Translations under genes and position numbers: made by a program
The notes under the pieces: model-generated
Database searches by the model: none
Told to the model about the DNA's origin: nothing
What the model saw: the letters and a program-made list of their open reading frames with translations, nothing else
DNA from: the human T2T-CHM13v2.0 reference genome, Homo sapiens
Length of the DNA stretch: 64,000 nucleotides
Assembly: GCF_009914755.1 (NCBI RefSeq)
Contig: NC_060932.1
Strand: one strand, 5' to 3'
Part shown: positions 53,770 through 64,000 of the stretch, piece after piece
Numbering within the stretch: position 1 is the first letter of the stretch
How the letters are laid out: every line of letters begins with the position of its first letter

Positions 53770-54290
53770 TATCAGATAAAAAGTTATTGACTGTATGTAG
53801 CACTCTCAACAAAATTTACCCAAATAAATTAAATTTTCTTACAAAACAAGCTCAGAGGCCATCTGTCCAGAGCAGACATGACAAGCTCCATGACACCACT
53901 AGGGGTCTGGGGTCCTTCTATCTTCCTGTTCTGACATCCTTTTCATGTCTTTTTCATCCTCATGGCTGGAAAATGTCTGCTCTGCCTACAGGCATGACAT
54001 CTACACACTAGACCAAAAGGGAGAGAGTTTGGCCAAAGGACAAAAGACCTTTTCCCAAACCAGCCACTCAAAGCCATCACTTTTTAAAGAGATTTCCCAG
54101 AAACCTCAACCTGTGACCTCCAGTTAACATCTCATTTTCCAGAACTAGGATACATGGTCATTCCTAGTTGCAAGAAGACAGAAAATGAGCATACTATACA
54201 ATGCCCTTTGAGACTAGATTATCAGTTTGGTCAATAAAGATGGAGGGAAAAATGGAGACTGAGAGATTGAGCAGAAACCAGTTGCGTCTG
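53770..54290. mobile_element. MLT1-type MaLR LTR relic
   Basis: CTCCATGA..CACTAGGG..CTGGG.TCCTTCTATCTT.CTG, GGAAAATG.CTGC, CATCTCATT..CCAGAACT..G..ACATGG.CA..CCTAG.TGCAAG. Confidence 0.55.
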
Positions 54291-55929
54291 CTATACTTGG
54301 CAACTCAGGTGATAATGTATTAAAGAAGGCCCTAAAAATGTGGACGATTTATCCTTGATTCTGTTATAGGCAAAGGGATTAAAATGCATGGTGTATACAA
54401 CACTGTACAAAAATACTGTAAATAAGGAATTGCCTATCAATATACCTTCCTTTAAAAAGTACTGTTTTTGTTTTTCTGTGTCTCTTTCTGGTCCCACTGA
54501 ATATGCAATTATGACTTTTACATATCTTTAATCCGGAATAGATTACATTATATAATCTTTTGCAGTTTTGCTTAATAAATCATGTGCATTTTAATCTCTT
54601 TCTACCAAATCTTCTAAATATTCATTTAAAAGAGTTGCAGTATAAGCCACCAGATTTATATAATATTTATTTATTTAAATCTACAATGTTAGACATCTAG
54701 ATTATTTCCGCTTTGAAGAGAAAATTTAGAAAGTATTACAAGGATTATTCTCATATTTACAGCTTTTTAGTTCTTTAGGGCTTATTATTTATGGAAATAT
54801 TTCAATATGTTGAACTACAAGTCAAAGCATGTGATAATTTTTATGATTCTTTTGAAAAGGATCAGTCTATTTTGGGGATTTTATTTTTTTATTTTTTATT
54901 TTTTTACTGATTTATAGTCCCATCTACACTATATCTATGTATTCAATACCTTTAAAAAGAAAGAAAAAGAAAAGGATGAAGTCCAGAACTGAATCAACCC
55001 TGCCCTCATGTGGTAAATCTTAAAGTTACAGGGCAAGCTTTTTCTCCTAGGACTTATTTGTGTTTTAGTTTGTTGCAAAGTGACAAATTATACTTGTATA
55101 TATTTTGCAGGAACAGTGTTATATTACGAAAAAGGTATTTTCAGATTTTTTGGATGTTGTGAGCCTGGCGTAATGCTATTCTCATTAGCCACTTTTCTTT
55201 TCAAACAGAATGTACAGACCTCAGTATTAGTTGTTATTAGACTCATAGGAATTATTACATCAAATATACAAAACTATATCTAATATTATCAGATGCATAG
55301 AAATAGTTTGGGCTTGAATTCCACAGCAACCACAAAGAAATTACTTTACAATAGATCCATATAGGTGTAGGTAAATTCTTGTTCTAGTTGATGAGAGAAA
55401 TGGTGATATTACTTGAGAAGCAATCTTCAGACGAGGATGGCCTTTAAATGATGATTTAAAGGATAGATAATATGGTTGAAGACTGATGAGTTTTTGCATT
55501 TTTGATCCAGAGAAAACAATAAGGATTGTCCAGCTCAATTATTCTATGTTACAAGTGTGGAGACTGAAGATCAGAGAAATTAAGTGACTTTCCCAAGCAA
55601 AAATGCCAATAAATCATAACAAACTTGTGAGTGTCTGGCCAGCCCTTTATCCATTCTACTCCATGGCCTTTCTGTTAGATTGCTTCTTAAAGAGTTGTTG
55701 TGAGCACCAAAGAAGATAAGGCACAGGAAGTGCTTTAAGTAATATTCAGTACAAACACAAGGCAGTGGAATTATTAAGTGATATAGCAGAGAGGCAATGC
55801 ACATTGAGTCGAGAGTACCAACTTGCACACAAAACCTCTGGGTCTGGGGTTTGGTTTTATTGCTTGGTGTTCAACAAGACACTTAGTTCCTCAGAGAGTC
55901 AATTTTCTCCCCTGCAGACTAGAGATAAC

Positions 55930-56317
55930 GTATTATTCCATTTGCCTCGCTTTATAGCAAGATATTCCTTTTATAAAGGAATATCTGAAGCTGAGTAATT
56001 TATAAGGAAAATAACTTTTTTGGGTTCACAGTTCTGTAGGCTGTACAAGCATGGTACCAACATTTGCTTGGATTCTGGTGAGGCCTCAGGAAGCTTTTAC
56101 TCATGGCAGAAGGCAGAGGGGAAGCAGACGTGTTACAAAGCAAAAGAGGGAGCAAGAAAGCTGCCAGCCTCTTTTATCATGGTAACTAATTGAGCAAGAA
56201 CTCACTTATTACCATGGGGAGGGCACCAAGCCATTCATGAGGGATCCACCCCCATAACCCAAACACGTCCCACCAGGCCCCACCTTCAACATTGGGGATC
56301 ACATTTTAACATGAGAT
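55930..56317 (-). mobile_element. MST (A/B-like) MaLR solo LTR
   Basis: GGTTCACAGTTCTGTAGGCTGTACAAGCATGG...GGTGAGGCCTCAGGAAGCTTTTACTCATGGCAGAAGGC...CCATTCATGAGGGATCCACCCCCAT...CATTGGGGATCACATTT.AACATGAGAT. Confidence 0.85.
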
Positions 56318-56569
56318 AGTTTAGTGTCTAATAATAGCTCTTGTGATTTTATTGTCATCTGTTATCATTTGGATGTTGTAGCTCCTATGATGTTATTGTC
56401 ATCTGATATAGTTTGAACTATGATTATTAGGCATGGCATAAATTAGTTTGCCTAAAATCACTGAAATGGTGAAACTCAAAAGGATCTTTAAAAAACCCAT
56501 TCTACTTCCTGGTGGAATAAATGCGTCTGAACTAATACACACAATAATGGTCCAGAAAATGTTAAATAA

Positions 56570-56780
56570 TAACTGTTACCTGTTTTAAGTGTTTTACATA
56601 GATCTCTCCTTTAACACTCACAACCACCCAATGAAGCAGTCCTAATTGAATTCCACATATAGATGAGGAAGTTGAGGAGTAGAGAGATTAACTTGCTGTG
56701 ATCATACAAATGTTAAGTGGCAGTCCAGAATTTGACCTTAGCAGCCTGGTTCTGTCATTTGAGTCCTTCCTTCTTCACTA
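56570..56780 (-). mobile_element. MIR
   Basis: TTTAACACTCACAACCACCCAATGAAG...ATAGATGAGGAAGTTGAGG..AGAGAGATTAACTTGC. Confidence 0.7.
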
Positions 56781-57329
56781 AACTACCTTTAGGGGTGCAT
56801 CTAGTGCTCAGGCTGAAGCCCATTCTCTGACTATGACACAACACACCATATCTTCTCTGTTACGCAAGTCTCTATCTTATGCAAGAAAATAGATGGTTTC
56901 TCCATTTCTTTTTAGACTTACAATGTAATTTTATTAAGAGTCCTTATATTATCAAAATGAAGTTATTATTGCAGCAGATGAGTATTTAATTTGTTTTCTA
57001 CTTTGTCATAATAGTGGAGAAACAGGTATGCTAAGACATTTGTTCTCTCTTCTCAACAGCAGAGAGAGGACAATGTGAAGACACTCCTTTTTTATTCAAA
57101 AGTCAACTAATATTACTGAATGTCTTTTTAGTAAAATAACTGAGGGACTGAGGTTACCTTGATGTGCAAGAGAGACGTGATCCCTGCACTCATGGTGCTT
57201 GCATTCTTAAGGAGAACATGAGTATTAATTAATTGATCACAAAGGCAAATGTGATAATTGCTATACAAAAAGGATATGAGAGAGTCTAACAGTGGGGCCC
57301 ATCTTCGTATGGATGAAGGTTTCTTGAGA

Positions 57330-60196
57330 CCTCCACACTCCCTGCCCTGCAGAAGGCAGTGATCCTGCTAATATGCCTAGTACATTGCTACTAAAACCAG
57401 CATTTGAGAAAGCCATTGCACAAAGGCTGTCTATAACCAAGGAACTCATACAGAGTCTTTGCCACTGAAAGCACTCAGAATTGAAGTCAAATGATTACAC
57501 AACATACATTATAGTCATACCTCAAGCGGGAAAATATTTCATTCAAATGAAAGTAAATTAGAAAAATAATGAGAGGTTATTCAGATGAGAGGAAATCAGA
57601 GAAATGATTTTGTTAAAAACAAAACAGAGTGTTGTAACACCCCCAAAGGATCACACTAACTCTCCAGCAAAGAATTCTAATTAAAATAAAATCTTTGAAA
57701 TGCCAGATAAACAGTTAAAAATATTTACTTTAAAGAAGTTCAATGAAATCCAACAGAAAGTTGAAAACCAAAACAAAGAAATCAAGAAACAATTCAGGAT
57801 ATGAATGAAAAATTCATTACAGAGATAGATTTTAAAAAGCAACCAAACATAACTTCTGACATGAAAAATTTATGGAAGGAATTATAAAACACAGCTGAAA
57901 GCTTTAGTAATAGACTAGCCCAAGCAGAGGAAGGAATTTCAGAGCTTGAAGGCAGGTTTTTCAAATTAACACCAGACAAAAATAAAGAAAAAAAATTAAA
58001 AAACAAAGCCTCTGAGAAACATGGGATTATGTAAAATATCCAAACCTACAAGTCAGAAGAAAAAATAAAAAGTTTGGAAAACCTATTTGAGGGAGTAACT
58101 GAGGAAAACTTTCCTAGTCTAGAGATTTAGATATGTAGATGCAAGATTCTCAGATATCTCCAGGAAGGTATGTTACAAGATGGATATCACCAAGACATGT
58201 AGACATCAGACTATCTAAAGTGAATGTGAGGGAAAACATCCTAAAAGCATCAGAAGAAAAGCATCCAATCGCCTGTAAAGGAAATCCTATCAGACTTACC
58301 ATGGACTTCTCAGTAAAAACTCTACAGGCCAGAAGAAATTGGGATCCTACTTTTAGTCTTAAAGGAAAAAAAAAAAAACTGTGAGCCAAGAATTTTGCAT
58401 CCTACTAAACCAAGTTTCCTAAATGAAGGAGAAATAATTTATTTCCCAGACAAGAAAACTCTGAGGGAATTTGGCAACACTAAACTAGCCCTACAAAAAT
58501 GCTCAAAGGAATTCTAAACATGAAAATGAAAGGTCAATATTCACCATTATAAAAGTATACAAAAGTATATAACTCAGAGGTATTATAAAACAATTACACA
58601 ATTGAGAGAAAAAAGCAACTAGGTAACTATAAATATTATGACAGAAACAAAATCTCATATATTAATATTAACCTTAAATGTAAATGGATTAAATACTCCA
58701 CTTAAAAGATATAGATTTGCAAAATGAATAAAAAACAAGATCCAATCATATGCTGCTTAGAAGGAACACACCTAACTGGCTGTGACAGAGTCAATCAAGG
58801 TAAAGAGGTGGAAAAAGATGTTCTACACAAACAGAAACAAAAAATGAACAGGTGGTGCTACACTGATATCAGATAAAACAGACTTTAAATTAAAAACAGT
58901 AGGAAAGAACAGTCATATAATGATAAAGGGTTTGATTCAACAAGAAGATATAACAATCCTAAATATGTATGTACCCAACACCAGAGCACCCAGATTCATT
59001 AAACAAATACTTCTGGACCTAAGAAAAGAGAGAGATGGCAACACAATAATAATGAGGGACTTCAGCACCTCAGGGACAGCACTAGACAGATTATCGATGT
59101 AGAAAGTCAACAAGGAAACACTAAGACTTCAGTTGGATTCTAGACCAAATGGACATAACAGATATTTATGGAACATTGTATCCAGAACTGAAGAATATAC
59201 ATTATTTTCATCAGTGCATGAAGTATTTTGCAAAATAGACCATCTATCAGGCCACAAATCAAGTCTCAATAAAATTTAAAAAATCAAAATGAGATGAAGT
59301 ATTTTTTGGACCACAGTCAATTAAAATTAGAAATCAATACCAAGGGGGAACTCTCAAAACTATGCAAATACATGGAAATTAAACAACATGCTCCTACATG
59401 ACCTCTGGGTCAATGATGAAATTAAGATGGAAATCAGAAAAATTTTTGAAATGAATGAATATAAAGACAGAACATAGCAACATTTCTGGTATACAGCAAA
59501 AGCAGTGCTAAGAGGAAAGTTTATAGTGTTAAATGCCTATATCAAGGATATAGAAAGATCACAAATTAATAGCCTAATGTCACACCTCAAGGAATTAGAA
59601 AAACAAGTATAAACCAAGCTTAAAACTCCAGGAGAAAAAAAATAACAAAGACCAGACCACAACTAAATGAAATTGAGAAAAAAATACAAAGAATCAATGA
59701 AACAAAAAGTTGACTCCTTGAAAACATAAACAAAATTGACAGACCCCTAGCTAGGTTAACCAAGAAAAAAAGAAAGAATATTCAAATAAGCACAATCAGA
59801 AATGAAAAGGGAAATATTCCAACTACTAACACAGAAATACAGAAACTCACCAGAGACTACTACGAACACCTCTACGCTCAAGCAAGAAAATCTAGAGAAA
59901 ATGGATAAATTATTGGAAACATACAACCTCCCTAGATTGAGCTAGGAAGAAATTGAAATCCTGAACAGACCAATAATGGGTAACGAGATTGAATCTGTAT
60001 AAAAAATCCATCCCCCCAACAAAAGAAAGCCTAGGACCAGATGTGTTCACAGCTGAATTCTACCAGATGTGTAAAGAAGAACTGGTACCAATCATACTGA
60101 CAAACCAAGGCAAAAAACTGAGGCATAGAGAATCCTCCCTAACTCATTCTACAAAGTCAGTACCACCCTAATTCCAAAGTCAGTCAAGGACACACA

Positions 60197-60234
<38 letters not shown>

Positions 60235-62752
60235 TGCATAAGAAAATCAGAGGTCGATATCTCTTATGAATGCAGATGCAAAAATCAACAAAATGCTAGC
60301 AAACTGAATCAATCAGCACATAAAAAAGATAATACACCACAATCAGGTGGGTTTCATTTTAAGAATATAAGAATGGTTCAATAAATGCAAATCAATAAAT
60401 GTTATTTACCACATAAACAGAAATAAAAGCAAAAACCATATGATCATATCCATATATGCAGAAAAAGAATTTGATATAGTTAAGCATCACTTCATGATAA
60501 AAACCCTCAACAAACAAAGCATATACATAACATACCTCAAAATAATAAAAGTCATATGTGACAAACCCACAGCTGACATCATACTGAATGGGGAAAAGTT
60601 GAAATCATTTCCCCTAAGAACTAGAACAAAACAAGGATGCCCACTTTTACCACTACCATTCCAGATAATGCTGAAAGTCCTAGCTAGAGCAATCAGACAA
60701 GAGAAAGTGATAAAAAGCATCCAAATTGGAAAAGAGGATGTCAAATTATCTCTGTTTGCTGATTATACAATCTTATACCAAGAAAACCTTAAAAACTCCT
60801 GCAATAGACTCCTAGATTTGATAAATGACTTCAGTAGAGTCTTAGGATACAAAAATCAATGTACAAAAGTTAGTAACATTTCTATACACCAATAGCAATC
60901 AAGCTGAGAACAAAATCAAGAACTTAATCCCATTTACAATAACCACTAAAAATAAAAATAAAATACCTAGGAATACTTTTAACCAAGGAGGTGAAAGATC
61001 TCTACAAGGAGAACTACAAAATGCTGATGAAAGAAATCATAGGTGACACAAACAAAGAAATATCCCATGCTCATATATTGGAAGAATCAATGTCATTGAA
61101 AAGACCATACTGCCCAAAGTAATCTACAGATTCAATGCAATCCGTATCAAAATACCAACATCATTTATCACAGAATTAGAAAAAACAATCTTACAATTCA
61201 TATGGAACCAAAAAAAAAAAAGTCCAAATAGTCAAAGCAATCCTAAGCAAAAAGACAAAGCTGGAGGCATCACATTACTTGACTTCAAATTATACTACAA
61301 GGCTATAGTAACCAAAACAGCCTGGTACTGGTATAAAAATAGAAACACAAACAAATGGAATAGGATAGAGAATCAGAAAGGCTATATACCTGTAACCAAC
61401 TTGTCTCCAACAAAGTTGACAAAAAATATACACTGAGAAAAGGATACCCTATTCAATAAAGGGTACTGGGAAAACTGGATAACTATATGCAGAAGAATGA
61501 AACTGGACACTCATCTCTCACCATACACAAAAATTAACCCAAGATGGATTAAAGACTTAAAACATGAGACCTTAATCTATAAAATTCTAGGAGAAAACCT
61601 AAGAAAAACTCTTTTGGAGAGTAGTATAGGCAAAGAATTTATGACTAAGACATCAAAAGCAAATGCAACAAAACTAAAAATAGACAAATGAGATTTAATT
61701 AAACTAAAAAGCTTCTGCACAGCACAAGAAACAATCAACAGAGTAAACAGACAACATACAGAATGGGAGAAAATATTTGCAAACTATCCATCTGACAGAA
61801 GACTAACATCCAGAATCTACCAAGAATTCAAAAAATTCAACAAGAAAAAAACCAAATCATCCCATTAAAAAATGAACAAAGGACATGAACAGACATTTTT
61901 CAAAAGAAGACATACAAGTAGCCAACGAACTTATGAAAAAATGCTCAACAGCACTAATCATCAGATAAATGCAAATCAAAACCACAATGAGATACCATTT
62001 CACACCAGTCAGAATGGCTACTATTAGAAAGTCAAAAACCAACAGATATTGGCAATGATGCAGAGAATAGGGAATGCTTACATGCTGTTAGTAGGAATGT
62101 AAATGGAAAACAGTATGGAGATGTCTCAAATAAACCATTTGATCCAGCCACGTCACTACTGGGTATCTACCCAAAAGAAAATAAGTTATTATATAAAATG
62201 ACATCTGAACTTGCAGGTTTATAGCAACACTATGCACAATAGCAAAGTCATGGAACCAACCTAAGTGTCCATCAATGGACAATTGATGGATAATTAACGA
62301 AACTGTGGTATATATATAATCACATATACCATCATGTGTATGTGTATATGTGTGTGTGTGTATAATATATATATATATATATAATCTCCCATGAAATACT
62401 ACTCAGCTAGAATAAGTATGAAATCATGTATTTTGCAGAAACTTGGATGGAACTGGAGGCCATTATTTTAAGTGAAATAACTCAGAAACAGAAAGTCAAA
62501 TATCACCTATTCTCACTTACAAGTGGGAGATAAACAATGGCTTCATATGGACATAAAGAGTGAAATAATAGACATTGGAGACTCCAGAAGGTGGGAAGGT
62601 GGGAGGTGTGTGAGGAATAAGAAACTATCTATTGGGTACAATGTATACTATTTTGGTGATGGTTACATTAAAAGCCCAGAGTTTACCACTACATAATATG
62701 TTTATGTAATAGAACTGTACTTGTACTCCCTAAATCTATAAAAATAAAAAAA
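57330..62752 (+). mobile_element. Long decayed L1 (L1PB4/L1MA-like): ORF1, ORF2 and 3'UTR remnants
   Basis: ORF1-like KGNPIRLTMDFS; ORF2-like [53 protein letters not shown]; 3' end ...TAAATCTATAAAAATAAAAAA; many stops; internal (CA)n ~60190-60230 and TA/TG repeats ~62305-62385. Confidence 0.92.
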
Positions 62753-62776
62753 GTAGAGAGATGTGCATTTGAGGGA

Positions 62777-62778
<2 letters not shown>

Positions 62779-62819
<41 letters not shown>
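62779..62819. repeat. (TA)~20 microsatellite
   Basis: Uninterrupted TA run. Confidence 0.95.
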
Positions 62820-62822
<3 letters not shown>

Positions 62823-63409
62823 AATTGCAGAGAATTATAAACATTTTAAAGAAGATCAAACATTAAAGCAATAATAAATGTAATATTATAAAGTCTTCGG
62901 AAGGTCGGAGAGGATTAGATTTTTGATTTTCCTTCTTCATCTTTCTATCAAATCTCAATTTATAGCCAATGGGAAGATCTAGGACCTTTATTCTACTAAA
63001 CATTATTTTCACTGTTTCAGAATTTTCATCATCACTATCATTAGCATCATCGAGAAACATTTATAAATCTCCAAGTAGCATGAGGTGCTCTAAAAAATAT
63101 ATCATTTTTGTCTCTTCTGATATCTCAAAACCTGCCTGGAAGGGATGCCTGAGCCAGTCTGCCCTATATACTTTGTACATAGCTGAAAGAAGTGCAGAGT
63201 TTTTTGCTTATCTGGGAAAATTTGTTTTTATTCTATTTACCAAGCTGACACCACATTCAGAAATAATGAAGATCATATAACTCCATTTTGAAGATGTTAC
63301 AGTTTAAAATATGAAGGCTTGAACTACTAGAGTTTTATAAACCTTTGTGTCCAATATGAAAAGTATGCATAAGTGGTAAAATTTGCTCTCATGTTGTTTA
63401 ATTTCTTTG

Positions 63410-63900
63410 CTTTCAACTTGTATTGAAAACATATTTATGGAGCATCTAGTAAGTGCTAGCATTGGGCTGGTACTAGGAACAGAACCATGAAAGATGCTTC
63501 CTGCTTTCAAAGAATTTGCAGTCTGGTATGACCAAGAAAAATACAGAAAAGAAAATAAGTCACTTGCAAGTAACTAGGCATTATTCATGTTGAGCACATC
63601 ATGATATGTGAGCACATATAAGGGACTCTGGCTTGGAGGATCTAGGAAGGATTTTTTTTTTTTTTTTTTAAGATGCAAGATGTAATTTGGAAGTTGAGAC
63701 CTGAGAATGACTAGGACCTAGGTGAAGGAAGCAGGGAGAGCAAATACCTTTTTTACAGAGGGAACAATCTAAGCAAGGAGTCAAGGTCGAGATAAATCTT
63801 GGTTACGTTTAGGGTGACCTCAAGTTGCTCTTCATGGCTATAGCATAGAGTGCAAACGAGAAATAGCAAGAGACGGGACTGAAGAAGTAAGCAGCAGATA
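63410..63900 (-). mobile_element. L2 relic
   Basis: AAACATATTTATGGAGCATCTAGTAAGTGCTAGCATTGGGCTGG...CCTGCTTTCAAAGAATTTGCAGTCTGG...GAAGTTGAGACCTGAG. Confidence 0.7.
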
Positions 63901-64000
63901 GCTTGGGAAGGTACAGGCAACAATAATAGCAAATACTTCTCTAGTGATTATTGGAGCCAGGATTTATGCACAATAATGCATTTATAAAAGCTGTCTAAGG

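Noticed and set aside
57794-62282. RT/endonuclease-like ORF fragments
   Set aside because: Decayed old L1 with many stops and FADY in place of FADD.

Overview
Primate (very likely human) AT-rich genomic DNA, not microbial. I find no credible host protein-coding exon: the long ORFs come from L1, Alu, THE1 or the GC-rich island. The organising feature is a CpG island at ~25.75-26.55 kb carrying several minus-strand splice donors. I read it as the 5' end of a minus-strand gene, with first-intron sequence to the left and upstream intergenic DNA to the right. The gene is tentatively SYBU (syntabulin) at a distal promoter; this rests on recall and a peptide resemblance and is unverified. Repeats include about ten Alus, a 5'-intact but 3'-truncated L1PA with an ORF0-like antisense ORF, and a MER41 LTR with two intact STAT GAS motifs. 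There is also a complete THE1 provirus with TSD and DUX4 motifs, a long decayed L1PB/MA, Tigger2a, MER20, MER58, an MST LTR, and L2/MIR relics. Other items worth checking are an RE1/REST-like site, a self-complementary 94-bp tandem duplication, and a perfect 18-bp palindrome between inverted Alus. I cannot support a new protein-coding system; the best leads are regulatory. Repeat subfamily names and old-repeat boundaries are judged by eye.
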